DNA of 64,000 nt from the NCBI GenBank assembly GCA_951406725.2, contig OX597818.1:14136001-14200000 (forward strand). The letters run 5' to 3'. This stretch comes from Octopus vulgaris. Taxonomy: Eukaryota. The position numbers were made by a program, and so were the translations under genes. Under the pieces are notes generated by a model. The model had not been told where the DNA came from. It did not search any database and was given only the letters and a program-made list of their open reading frames with translations. Position 1 is the first letter of the stretch; every line of letters begins with the position of its first letter. Shown in pieces: positions 1 through 13,660 of the stretch.

Positions 1-599
1 TACATAACTTCTCATTAACGACTGCACTCACGATTTGACTATAATTTTTCTCTCCTGTTATCAGAGAACACGAGGTATGGACAATCGCCTTTATGTAACT
101 CTCTTCATATTTATGTAGCATTAATGCTCCACTGCCATACTCAAAAGCGTCTGAAGCTACAACAATCTCCGCTGCACAATCGAAGCTTGCTGATGACAAA
201 TCAGATATTAGTAAGTTTTTTTTTATTTCGTCAAACGTTTTTTGAAAATTTTCCGACCAATTCCATTTTATATTTTTTTTCAGCAGATTATTCAATGGAA
301 CTCTCACCTTATGCATATTTGGAATATTATTTTGGTAATAACTTGCCAATCCTAAAAATGCGTAAAAGGTCGCTATGTTTGTCGGAGAGGACCTATACTT
401 AATTGTATCTGCTCGCGAAGGGTCTGGTTGATGTAAATCATCGAATACTATCACAACACCTAAAGGGTCTATATTACCTCCGAACAGTTCTTTTAGTTTA
501 CTATATCTTTCGTTATCGATTATTATTCCTTTGATGTGTTCTGGATATTTCTCTGGTGGAAACTTAACTTTCATGATAGATTTGTATTTTGTGATCTTC

Positions 600-1700
600 C
601 GTTCATTTGCAAGTACTCTTGACGTATGTGAACATATGCCACTTGTTCTTTCACTTTTTTACATTTGTTTGTTTCAGCGATGGACCCGGGATGTCCGAGC
701 GAGTCATTCCTCTTCGTTTCTCTGTTGGTGCGCTCAAAACATCCTCAACGTCTATGTCCTCCACTACGTGTCGCAATGATGTTTCTGCTTCCACGTTACC
801 TTCGATTGTTGGTACTGCTGGTGCATCGAACCAGTTCCTTGTCTCCTCCACCTCTGTCTCCTTCATTCATTTCTGTCACTCTGGTGGAGAGCTCACATCC
901 TCTTTCTTTTTCCTCCTATTCACGACAGTGAATGGTTCTTCTTTGTCTTTCTCGCCTTCCGGTACTGCCACTTCGCCACTCTGTCCTGCACACTGTTGCT
1001 ACTGCTCATCTACTTTTTCTTTCTAGGACACCTTGCTTTCATGTGCCCGTTTTGATCATATAAGAAACATGTTGGTGGTCTCCCTTCCACCACCACTCTT
1101 AGCCTAACGTCTTCCGGTAGAATAATTTCCTCTGATCTCATACAAGTCTTTGAGGCTCACTTGTATGGTTATCTCGAGGTCATACTCCCACCAATTAAGC
1201 TTTTTGGTTCTAGTAATCTTCAATATTTTAGCTTTATCTTTCATCCTGTACATGACCGCTGCCACCAGCCATGCTTCCTTAATCTTGGGGGATACTCTGC
1301 CGATTCTTACTCTGGTGACGCGTTTCCCACAGTAAGTCGGCAGAAGTACCCATTCCTGTATCCTTATCATCACAGTAGAGTGGTTTATTGTGTCCTCTTC
1401 GTTTTCAAATCTTACATCCACTGTGCGGTACTTACTTCCGAGCGTATAAAAGGTGTTAACCTTCTTTATGTCTTCGAGGTATTTCTCTATTGCTTCAATT
1501 GTTGCAATCTCTATCTCTTTAGAAGACGTGGATAGCGTTCTGTATACCACTGTCCTCTTCGCCACATCATTAGTAAATCCCTCCGGTGGGTTCAGCCTCA
1601 AACTGGCTTCTTTTCTATCAATTTACTGCCTTCTTTCCATGTTTTGGGCTCTATCTTAATTTATCATACTTCCGGGGTGTTGATAGTCAATCCTTTTATC
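600..1700 (-). pseudogene. Degenerate ORF1 (gag-like, RRM-like region + CCHC knuckle) of an L1/Tx1-like non-LTR retrotransposon
   Basis: ORF 1601..1104 continues after a frameshift as VRLRVVVEGRPPTCFLYDQNGHMKARCPR (about 1108-1022). This is a Cx2(C>Y)x4Hx4C knuckle preceded by EGRPPT, typical of L1/Tx1 ORF1, followed by a charged low-complexity tail. Confidence 0.6.
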
Positions 1701-4016
1701 GCAGCAGATACATAACTTCCGGCTGGTTCATGCTCAATCTCTCCTCACGTCCATAAATGGGGAAGAAAACAAATATAAAAACAGGCAAAAATAGCGACAG
1801 CAATTCAAAATTCAACAGATCCTAGGTTCACCCATATGAGGAGACATTCAAACAAGTATAACAAACAAACGACTTACTTCAGAACCGCAAGTGATTTAAC
1901 GAAAGATTTTTACCAACACGAACTGCCAATCACTCACAGTACTTTGTTTTGTAACAACGAGACAGTCCACCATCAGTCACTTGGTGGGTGGTCGGAATCC
2001 TTCCACAATCATTTGGCAATTTTGCCAAATGATTGTGAGGGTTCCGCTTGAGTTTTAAGCATTTCTCTTTTAATTATTTCATTCGGTGTATATTGTAGTT
2101 ATTTGTGAACGAACACATAAAATTATGTTTGCATATGAAAATGGAGGTATTTCTGTAAATACGCCTCTGAGTTGGCATATCCAGTTATGCTTTTAGCGGG
2201 TAAATGTGTTACTGTTCAATGTGATGGTCTGGTTGTAGTGACCTACTAATTCACTTAGGTCAAAAACTTAAATCAAAATAAATCATTTATTTTGAATGTT
2301 ATTTGTCTATTAGCCGTAGCATTTCCTAAGTAATTACGTGCAAATCTAAGCATCCGTGTTTTGTATAAGGGTCATCAAGGATAAACAATAAATATTAGTC
2401 GGATTGGGAAAACTGAAAGCGAGGCTATCAATTGGTAGCATATTTGAAAGAGATGATGGGGGGGATGAAGCAATTCGTTCTGAACACGTATTTAAATATA
2501 GGCATGAATATATTTGTGCATGAGGATCAGGAAATGAGTATAAGAAATATGTCCGTTGACATATGTATTTATAATTTTTGTATGCGTGTGTATTTGTGGC
2601 GATTTTGATAATTCTGTATAGTAAAATAGGTTTATGAAAATTCGGATGTTTCGTATAAATTGGTTCGTGATGTAGATTCTAAAAATTAACTGAAGAAATA
2701 AGGTAAGCTATTTTTATATGCTGCAGTGCTGTCGTGACTACACACACATGATTAAACAAATACAGAACTGTACATAAATTTATATATAGAGAGAGATAAA
2801 CAAAGATGCATAAAATCTTGTTGGCTTGTGTTTACATACTTCAGCAAACTTACCACCATTATTTCCTTCTCATTACACAAATTTTTCATTCATAATTTCA
2901 AACATCCATGTTTTCTGATTTCATCACTTCGTTTCTCTGTATGTGAAATTTGCTGTATTTGCTTTACATATAGCACATATTCTCCAGCTCATCAATCATT
3001 TATCGTCAAATAATTCCCATATTTTAACTTACATCTTAGATTTGGCAGTAGATCATTGCTTGAGAAATCACATTCAAACTGCAAGTAAAATAGTTTCCTT
3101 GTAAGAAAAAAAAGAAAAAGAGGTGGCGAGGTTGAATATTTCGGTCAATTACAAGTGGGAGGTTATCTATGGTTACGAATGATTTTGTAATCGAATTTAA
3201 CGATATGAAATCAAAGTTTTCGAATCTAAATATACTACATATTCCTCGATTGTTGACCTCTATTAGAATACTAGCAAGGCACCTCGATGTTGCCCAAGTG
3301 TTATTACCTGCAGCCACATTGTATTAGTCATTCTTTCTTATGGGCAGAACCGGCACACGAGGAGTATCAAGTAAACAACTCATCTTTATATACATGCTTT
3401 TCGGTCATTTTCTGACGAACAATGCTGAAGTTTTTGACACCAAAAAAGTACATTGGCAGCTTAAATTAGAAGGAAATCCTAACATTGCCCACAAAATGAC
3501 CTCAAATTGTGCGACCCAGCCTCGTTTTGCTGTTAAATTTTGTAGAAAAATATAGTTAGTGTGCAAAAAACTACTTTAAGCTGGTAGAGGGAAGATTGCT
3601 CTACCTTTTGATATCTAATACAGCAATATTGGCAATTCAGTATCATGACTACAAATCGGGTAATGTAGAAGCTGAAACAATCCTTATCCGTCCCATAATA
3701 TCTGTTGATAACAACACACATATATATTAGTTTACCTGATGAGAAGGCCATGTTCAAAAGTATTATCTTTTTCTGTCAGCATATTTAGTACTAGTTTATA
3801 TCAATGTTGAGGTCAACAGAATAAAAAAAAGCACACTTTTGGATGTATGTATATGGAAATATACAAAGATATGAGTAAAGAAGGTTAGTGATGTGGGAAG
3901 TTTGGCATAAATGTGTAGGGGCGCAGTGATTCTTGAAAATTAATGGATTGTGCTGGTATGCGAAGTAATGGAGCGATGTATGGCATGATGATGATGATGA
4001 TCATCATCATCATTTT

Positions 4017-4235
4017 AGGCGGCGAGATGGCAAAATCGTTAGCACACCAGGCAAAATGCTTAGCGGTATTTCGTCCGCCCTTAAGTTCTGAGTTCAAATT
4101 CCGTGGAGGTTGGTTCTGCCTTTCATCCTTTCCGGGTCAATGGAATAAGTATCAGTTACGAACTGAGTTCGATGCGATCGACTTGCCTCTTCCTCAAAAA
4201 TTTCAGGCCTTGTGCCTATAGCAGAAAGGATTATC
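4017..4235 (+). mobile_element. tRNA-related SINE, family A
   Basis: Head ggcggcgagatggcaaaatcgttagcac, B-box-like gagttcaaattcc, central gcctttcatcctttccgggtc; homologous to copies at 46.5, 51.3 and 62 kb. Confidence 0.8.
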
Positions 4236-4264
4236 GTTATTATATTTGTTGTTTCTGTTGACAT

Positions 4265-4560
4265 GTATATACCTAAAACTGAGAATGTGTGTCTATCTGT
4301 CTGCATGTGGGCATAACTAAAACTCGAGATCTACCCAACCGATTTCATTCAAATTTAAACATGACTTACTTAGGATCCATAAGTGTCATGGGCTCCAACA
4401 ATTTTCAACTTCTTGCCTAATGCGAGTCCGGAGCAATATATTATCTCTTACACTATTTCAGTATTAGGAGTCATAAGTGAAATAATAACATCTCAATGTA
4501 ATGTGAGATAATACTTATAGTAGTATCTCACACACTTTCATTATTAATACTGTCTTCCAA
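4265..4560 (+). mobile_element. Non-autonomous Helitron-like 5' fragment
   Basis: tatat..aaaactgagaatgtgtgtctatctgtctg followed by caaccgatttcattcaaattt, the same 5' architecture as the element at 26838-27625; no 3' CTAG found. Confidence 0.4.
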
Positions 4561-4761
4561 TTCTTCCAATGTGTTTAATTATTACAAACTACAAACAAGT
4601 CCCGCTCTTTTTTTCTCATAAAATCTAATGCAAATTTTGAAAGGTGTATAGATGTGGAAAGAGCCAAGAAAAATGGGTAGCACCCCCTACAAAATGGCTG
4701 GAGGACAAAAGTTGCCAAGAGGTGCCTACACGAAATTCAACTCTATACTTTATAGAGTTAG

Positions 4762-4833
4762 TTCTACTTTAGTCACGGCCGGACCAAAACCTTGTGAGTG
4801 GATTTGATAGACGGAAAATGAAAGAAGTCCATC

Positions 4834-4875
<42 letters not shown>

Positions 4876-5448
4876 AGAGAGACAAAGAGAGAAGTAAAAT
4901 CTATTTTCCAACGTAAATCCGCAGTCCTTGTTAGGACGATGTTACTGCCGTTTTTAGCCCCAGGGAAATATCTTTTTCAGCTGGTTATTGACGCAAAACT
5001 GCAGCCTTATAACTACAGTTGTGCGTCGGTAGCCAGATGGAAAAGATGTTTTCCTGGAATTAAAAATGATAGTAACATCGTCCTGTCCAGGACTGCCGAT
5101 TTACGTTGGGAAATAGATTTTACTCTGATGTACTGTTACTAATCACTTCTCACTCAGAGGTTTAAAACTAAATGTTATCCTCTTTATATTTATATACAGT
5201 ATATGTGTGTGTATTTATGTGTGTGTGTGTGTGTGTGTTTGTGTCAGTGTTTTCCCACCACCACCATCGCTTGACAACTGATTTTGTTGTGTTTGTATCC
5301 CCGTATCCTAGCGGTTCGGCAGAAGAGAGTAAAAGTATAAGCATCAGGCTTACAGGCATTAAGTTCAGGGATCGATTTCTTCGAATAAAGAATGGTGTTC
5401 CAGTATGGCCACAGTCAAATGACTGAAACAAGTGAAAGAATAAAAGAA
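4762..5448 (+). mobile_element. SINE family B (internal TA/TG microsatellite, CR1-like 3' tail), interrupted by ~320 bp of unrelated sequence
   Basis: ccttgtgagtggatttgatagacggaaaatgaaagaag..(TA)n at the 5' side; 3' end ggtgttccagtatggccacagtcaaatgactgaaacaagtgaaagaataaaaga. Confidence 0.75.
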
Positions 5449-5756
5449 TACCGTAGAACGTTCCGTACCACTGAATAAAGAAAACTCCACATTTTCTAAG
5501 TTAATTTTGTCCCCCTTGTATAACCAGTGGTTCTCTAGGGATAACGGTAGTCTATATTGAGCAAGGCAACATCTTGCAACGTAGGGAAAATGAGCTGCAT
5601 ACATTGCCTAGAAGAGTTACTCTAATATTCACGTCAGAATATGATATCGCAAATAAAAGACAAAAATTAGCCATACGATAGAAACATATTTACAATAAAA
5701 CATTTAGATTTTCCCAAGATAATTAAGAATCGATCGTGTGGAGTAATGGATACAAT

Positions 5757-5960
5757 ATATCTTTTGTCCTTCGTTACATCATTGAAGATCTCGGGAGTTC
5801 TGCAAAGATCGCCACCTGTACATTGCCTTCATCAACCTCAAGACAACTTTTGACACGGCCCAGCACGCATCCCTCTAGAAAATTCTCAACTTCGCCAGCA
5901 TGCGTCTCAAGGTTACTGACCCGTTCCAACAGGTCTATAGCAGTGCCAAGTGGGTGTACA
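5757..5960 (+). pseudogene. Fragment of non-LTR (RTE-like) reverse transcriptase
   Basis: Across a frameshift it reads FVLRYIIE..SREFCKDRHLYIAFINLKTTFDT..SL*KIL, matching the RT segment F.LR.IIE..REF...LYIAFIDLKKAFDSV. Confidence 0.6.
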
Positions 5961-6554
5961 GGAAGGTCTCTGACTGTTGCACAATAGCATCACAAATAAA
6001 GCAATATAAATCATTATTTGATATGTTTGTGATATTTTAACTGTATGGAGTAGTAATGATAATTTTATTTTAAACCAAACATTCCATGCAACAAGTAGAT
6101 TCGTAGGGGATTAGAACTATTGTAAACTACTCAGCATTGAAGAGAAGTCTTTGAAGTATTTGGATATTAAGGTGAAATGAAGTGAAGTAAATAGCAAAAT
6201 AACAATTCAGATCTGCTTGTGGAAAACAATGCATATTTGAATAAAAAAAAACTTGTAAGCTTTGATTTAATTGTTAATGTATAGGCATTATTCTACAACA
6301 TACTTCAGACTAGAGTTTGACATTTAACTTGGCATTTTACACCATTCCATCCTTTGTATGCGTTTTAAAGTAGTGTATCGAAAAATAAAGACGATTTCGC
6401 CAACTACGTAAAGTAAGTCATGTACTTTTTTCTGTAGATTACAATTATCTGTTTATTTGGCTTGTTTTTTAAGTGATAAGTTAAGTCATCACTTTAAACA
6501 TTTACGTTCCATCAGTTGTTATCAGTTTAAATTTTCTATCAATAATTAATAGAT

Positions 6555-6756
6555 CTTTTACTTTTTCAGTTATTAGAGGCGGTGATGTTAGGGCACCGCG
6601 TTGAAGAACATTTACTCGCATGAATAGAACCCAAGTACTTGTTTTTGTTAAGCCTGGTACTTATTCTATCGATCAACTAGGTTGCGGAAACGTAAACACA
6701 CCAACACAGTTTGTCAATCGATAGTGGGGCCAAACACACAGACACACAGACACACG

Positions 6757-6758
<2 letters not shown>
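6555..6758 (-). mobile_element. 3' half of a family B SINE (its 5' half lies at 13500-13660)
   Basis: Reverse complement of the family B tail (ttcagttattagaggcggtgatgttagggcaccgc) and body (cctggtacttattctatcgatc, acaccaacacagtttgtcaa), ending at the internal microsatellite. Confidence 0.7.
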
Positions 6759-6815
<57 letters not shown>

Positions 6816-7973
6816 ATACATACACACACACACACCCATATATATATATGTATATATAAAAAAAAAATTTTTTTTAAATAAAAAAAAGATATAAAAATAT
6901 AAAAATACGCGGTATTCTATCTTTATAATCTTTATAATTTCGTCCTCCGTGCCTGCCACGCACTCTCTCTTTCTCTTTCTTACATTTCTATTTCTATCTC
7001 TCTCATACATTTTTATTATTTGTTATCATTAGTGTTCTTTCAAACAGAAAATAATTAAAAAGATATAAAAATACGCGCTATTCTATCTTTATAATCTCTC
7101 CCTCTCTTTCTTACATTTCTATTTCTATCTCTCTCATACAGTTTATACCTTATCTGTCTCCCCATCCACCAGACCCTCTATTTCCGCTCTCACTCTCCCC
7201 TCCTCCCTCTCTCTCCCTCTGCAATCGTTTCTCTTTCTGCATCTCTCTCAGATCAACTTTCTCTCACCTCACCCCCTCTCTCAGTTCCTCAACTTCACTC
7301 ATTCTCTCTTGTATCTATATACCGCCCTCTTTTCTCTCTCTCTCTCTGTTACTCCCCCTCCCTCTCTCTGCCTCTTTCCTCTCCGCTCCTTCACAGGTCA
7401 AACCCCTTTTCCTCTTCCCCTTCTGTCCCCTTATTTCTTTCTCTACACCACCCTCCCTGTCCCTTTACTACACTCTGTTGCGCCCCTCTCTTCCTCTTCC
7501 CCCTTTTTCTTCCTACCTTTCCTCTCCCTGTTCCCTCTAAGGCTCACCACCCCCTGTCTCTTTTTTCCTCTCTCTGTCTCCTTCCTCCACACCACCCTCT
7601 CTGTCCCTTTACTTCACTCCCTGGTACCTCTATCCTGCCCTCTCTCTCTCTCCCTCTCCATTTCATCTCTCTCTTCCTCTCCATTTTATCTCTCCGCCTT
7701 TCTTCTCCCTTCTCCCCCTAGGGTCCACCCTCTTGTCTCACTTTTCCACCCTGTCCCTTTCTACTACATCTCTATCCCGCTCACTCTCCCCCTGCTGACC
7801 TGCCATTCTTTCACCTTTCTCTTTTTTCCCTCTTATTTTCTCTCTTTCTCTCTTCTCTCAGGACAATCCCCTCGTCTCTCTCTATCCCCCCTGGCTTTTC
7901 TCCTTTCTCTTCTCCCTCTCCATATCTGTACTTCTCTATCTCTCTCTCTGTTCCTATATTTCACTAGAAGAAA

Positions 7974-8876
7974 ATGGCAAGAAACTGGTCTGCGAGAGAG
8001 GTGCAATTGTTCGTCCGCGCTTGGAAGATCGCTGAGGACGACTCGCCGAACGACATTATTGCTGCGGCGCTGAAAAGCAACAATTTTTCGAGAACCACCG
8101 CCCAGATAGAGCGAAAGAAGAGAGAAGTTATCCGTTCGTACGCTCTAATCAGGCAACATGTGGACACCCTGGACATCATCCTGGGAGGTGACGGCAGCAG
8201 GGAGGGCCAAAAGGATGAGGAAAGCATCCAGAGCCAAATGGAGAAGCCTGGAACACAGGGAAACGATGACACATGTCCAGCTTCCAACACCACAACTGAA
8301 GACCAAAGAGGTGCGATGGCCGCAAGAAAGGAAAGGCACCCTGGAGTTGATGGGAAGCAGGAGGGTGACAGAATCAAGGCTAAAGGAAGCCCTGTCCAGA
8401 GAAAGCAGAGGGACCCCAGCAAAAACTGTAAGGGCAGGGAAAGAAACACCTGCAAATTCTACCTGAGGGGGGACTGCTGGTACGGCGTTGAAGGTGCAAA
8501 CTGTCGCTTTGCACATCGGAGGCCCTACCAAAACCGCACGGACGCGAGACAGAGGTCCCTCCCTCAGGGAGAACAAAAACAAAAACAAAAACAAAAAGTT
8601 AAAAGAAGGGAAAAAAGCGCACTGACCACTACTGAAAGACGGTATGCAGATGTGGTGCGCGGAAACCCAACAGGTGGTCAGCTTCACCCAGATGTGAGAA
8701 GGGCGGCAGCTGAACAGCAGTCTTTTTTGTGCATGGCACAAAAAATTGTTCAGCAGCTGACCTGGCTACAAGCACAAAGCTGGAACTACCACCACATAAG
8801 GCCACCTCCAACAGATGCAGGATGGCCACCACAGACACCAACACCAACACACACACCACAAAAATATTTCTACTGA
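7974..8876 (+). CDS. LINE ORF1p: N-terminal Myb/SANT-like (trihelix) domain + CCCH zinc finger; frame intact
   Basis: MARNWSAREVQLFVRAW...IIAAALKSNNFSRTTAQIERKKREVIRSY fits W-x2-E-x3-(L/F)...IA..L......RT..Q...K. CKFYLRGDCWYGVEGANCRFAH is Cx7Cx8Cx3H. 300 aa open frame directly upstream of ORF2. Confidence 0.8.
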   Translation: MARNWSAREVQLFVRAWKIAEDDSPNDIIAAALKSNNFSRTTAQIERKKREVIRSYALIRQHVDTLDIILGGDGSREGQKDEESIQSQMEKPGTQGNDDTCPASNTTTEDQRGAMAARKERHPGVDGKQEGDRIKAKGSPVQRKQRDPSKNCKGRERNTCKFYLRGDCWYGVEGANCRFAHRRPYQNRTDARQRSLPQGEQKQKQKQKVKRREKSALTTTERRYADVVRGNPTGGQLHPDVRRAAAEQQSFLCMAQKIVQQLTWLQAQSWNYHHIRPPPTDAGWPPQTPTPTHTPQKYFY

Positions 8877-11836
8877 ATGTAGGAGGGCTGCTGCGCGGAA
8901 ACTGTAAAAAGAAAATTTCATTCCTGAGAGACCTTGTGACATGCAATCAAGCTATATGCATGGCACTCACAGAAACGCATCTTGAACCCGATATAGGTGA
9001 TGCAGAAATACACATGCCGCAATATGCAGTCATACGCACAGATAGAAAAGGGAGGAGCCATGGTGGAGTTGCAATCTACATCCGAGATGACCTCACGCCC
9101 CAGGTCCTGCTGTCATATTCAAACTCAGTATGTGAAACTCAAATTGTACACATAAGACAACTGAATATCGTCATATGCACTACATATCGCCCACCAGATG
9201 CCCCAAAACACTCAGGCATGTTTGAAGACTGCCTAACAAAAATAGGAGAAGTCCTCACCAACCTTGAACAGCACAACAGTGTATTCTTCATTGGTGACTT
9301 TAACCTCCCCAATGTGGAATGGCCTGGGGGGCAGATGCTCCCAGGGATGACACACCATCAGCAGGCACAGGTGGAGTCCCTGCTCCATCTCACATCTCAC
9401 AAATGCCTCTTTCATGGAGCAAATAGTTCTGCAACCAACAAGGGCAGATAATATACTGGATCTCTGCTTCACAAACAATATGATATTATCCATAATGTTA
9501 ATGTGATGCCGACAATGATCTCGGATCACAACATAATAGAGCTGTCTATGTATGGAACAAAAGCCCCCGCAGACACACAGCCTATACGAAGCACCCACCA
9601 TCTCTCCAACTTAAACTTTCATAAAGCCAACTGGAAGTCGATTGAGAAAGAGATCCTCAAACAGGATTGGCCTGAATGTCTCTCCACACCGGACATAAAC
9701 ATGAAACACAAACACTTCATGTCCATAATACAAGCCATATGTGACAAATATGTCCCAATGTGCAGGGCCAGCACACACAAGAACAAAAAACAGGATCCCT
9801 AGAGAAAGGAGGATTCTTATGAGACGACGGACAAGGATTGCAAACCGCCTGAGCAAGCACACCAAAAGTGGTGAGAAGTCTCGGCTCGAAAGAATGCTAA
9901 TGGAAACTGAGAAAAGTCTACATCAGTCCCATGAAAGAGAGCAGATAAAGAAGCTTGGGTAATAGAAAATATAAAATCAAACCCTAAAGCTTTCTTTAAG
10001 TTTGCCAAAGAGACAGCCACAGTGCACCAGAGAATAGGACCTCTCTTCCAAAAAGATGGCTCTCTCACAGGAAATCCCACGAGGATAAGTGAAATACTGA
10101 ACGAACAGTTCCAAAGTGTGTTCACTACACCTCTAGGACACAGGCAAGTAAACAACCCAGAAGAATTCTTTGCCACTTTACCAGCGGCCAAAGAGACAAA
10201 AATTGAGTACATCAACATCGAAGAAGATGATATCACACTAGCCATTGATGAGATTGACACAAACTCAGCTGCTGGACCTGATGGATTCCCAGCGATCCTT
10301 CTCAAATCGTGAAAACGAGCCCTTGCAAAACCGCTACAGCTTCTTTTTCAGAGCTTTCTTGCAAGTGGTAAGCTCCCAGTCAAACTGAAAGAGGGGGTAA
10401 TATGCCCTATCCATAAGGGAGGTAGCAGAGCAGATGCTAAAAATTATAGGCCTATCTCTCTGACCTCAGACATCAGCAAAGTCATGGAACGAATAGTCCG
10501 TAAGAAACTAATCATGTTCCTTGAGGAAAATGACTTACTGTCTGACACCCAGCATGGATTTCGACCAGGTAGAGGCTGCCTAACACAGCTCCTGCAACAC
10601 TATGACTGGGTGTTGAAACAGCTACTAAATGGCTCAAATGTGGATGTAATATATCTTGACTTTGCAAAAGCCTTTGATAAAGTCGACCATGGTATGATCT
10701 GTCACAAACTGCGTGGTCTCGGCATAGGCGGGAAACTTGGAGAGTGGCTGCACAACTTCCTAAAAGACAGAAAACAGGCAGTTGTGAGCAATGGAGCCAC
10801 CTCCAGGGAAACGCAAATAACAAGCGGTGTCCCACAGGGCACTGTCTTGGGGCCACTGATGTTCATAGTGGCCCTTTCAGACATGCCTTCAGTTGCTACG
10901 ATGACCAACCTTGCTAGCTATGCAGATGACACAAAAGTCTCCCACGCAATACAAAACCCTGAAAATATTGCGCATCTGCAACATGAACTGGATACAATAT
11001 ACAGGTGGGCTGAGGACAACAACATGCAGTTTAATGCAGGTAAGTTCCAGGCCCTGCGCTACTGGCACACAAAGGTAAATGACGTGAAGACTGGATACAC
11101 TGGCCCAGGAAGAATTGCAATCCCTGAGTCAAAATCAGTGCGTGACCTGGGCATTGACATGAGCAATGATGCATCTTTCCAAATGCATATTGCTAATCTG
11201 GTGATAAAATGCAGACGGCTAGCTGGATGGATTCTCCGAACTTTCAGAACAAGAGAGAAGGAGACACTGATGGTCCTATGGAAAACATTTGTCCTCAGCC
11301 GCTTGGACTACTGCTCCCAACTTTGGTCACCACACAATATAAAACAAACAGCAGAACTCGAAGCAACTCAGAGAAGCTACACAAAGAAAATCGTCTCAAT
11401 GCAAAATGTCAGCTACTGGGAAAGACTGAAGGTATTAAACCTCTTCTCCCTGGAGCGGAGGCGGGAGAGATATGCAGTGATATACATCTGGAAAATCCTG
11501 GAGGGTCTTGTCCCAAACTTTGGCATTCAAAGTTACTCCAACCGCAGAACAGGGCGCCGCTGCGTGGTGCCAAGGATTCCAACATCACCATCAAAATACA
11601 GGTCCAGATACTGCAACAGCTTGGGTTTCAGAGGACCACAGCTCTTTAATATCCTCCCTAAATGCCTGAGAGACTTACATGGTGTGGATGTGGGTTTCTT
11701 TAAAACTAAACTGGATCTCTTCTTGTTGGGAGTCCCAGATGAACCTACCTCACGACAGGAGACACGGATGCGGGCAGCAGCATCGAACTCCCTTGTTGAT
11801 CAAGTGCCACGTATCAGAGGTGGTTTCACAAACTAG
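8822..11836 (+). pseudogene. LINE ORF2: APE endonuclease + reverse transcriptase, disrupted
   Basis: APE motifs LLNVGGL, LTETH, GGVAIY, YRPP, GDFN, SDH. RT motifs NYRPISL, QHGFR, YLDFAKAFDKVDH, SGVPQGTVLGP, YADD. Frameshifts near 9400 (7-bp catctca duplication), 9790 and 9950, and a TGA at 10310. Confidence 0.92.
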
Positions 11837-11952
11837 TGTAGCTCATTCAGCGGTGGTGCCCCAGCATGGCCGCGGCCTTCGGGCTAAAACGTTTTTAAGG
11901 ATTTAAGGATTTATATATATATATATACATACATACACACACACACACACAC

Positions 11953-13145
<1,193 letters not shown>

Positions 13146-13175
13146 TATACACATATATATATATAATATATGACG

Positions 13176-13452
13176 GGACGTAGCTTAGTCCTTAGGGTGT
13201 TGCACTCATGATTGCCAGATCGTGATTTCAATTCCTAAGTCAGGTGGTGAGTTTTATTCTTGAGCAAAACACTTCAGCTCAAGTTGCTCTGCGATCACAT
13301 CGATACCTGACGTGTGGTATACCGTGAACCTCTTCAGACAACATTGATTTGACCGAGAGAGTTAGGTAATATGCGACATGAAAATTCGGTCACTATAAAC
13401 AAATCATTTATGCAGAGCATTCAGCAGAAGCTGAGAACGACGGGAGAAACCA
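13176..13452 (+). mobile_element. tRNA-derived SINE, family C (degenerate)
   Basis: A-box-like tagcttagtc, B-box-like gatttcaattcc, then ttcttgagcaaaacactt, typical of SINE central domains. Confidence 0.55.
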
Positions 13453-13499
13453 TCATATGTATGTGTGCGTGTGTGTGTGTGTGTGCGCGCGCGTGCGCG

Positions 13500-13660
13500 C
13501 GCGTGTACGAAGGTCATTGATTCAGTTTCCGTCTACTCTGAATTTCTGTCGGCCGGCCTGAGGCTATAGTAGAAGACACATGCCAAAGATGCCATGCAAA
13601 GAGAATGATCTGAGAAACTTGTGGTTGAGAAACAAGTTTCTTCCCAAACCGCTACGCCTG
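13500..13660 (-). mobile_element. 5' half of a family B SINE
   Basis: ttcagtttccgtctac..gaggctatagtagaagacacatgccaaag..gtggttgagaaacaag, the reverse complement of the family B head (compare 25440-25565). Confidence 0.7.

Larger units (their letters stand above)
6858..11913 (+). mobile_element. Full-length CR1-group LINE (~5.05 kb)
   Basis: About 1.1 kb pyrimidine-rich 5' UTR, ORF1, APE-RT ORF2, short 3' UTR with a stem-loop and (TTTAAGGA)n tail. Both sides carry the duplicated atacatac(ac)n-ccatatata motif (6816-6849 and 11929-11965). Confidence 0.9.

Noticed and set aside
7309-8073. 254-aa Leu/Ser/Pro/Phe-rich ORF resembling a membrane protein
   Set aside because: Product of the polypyrimidine LINE 5' UTR.
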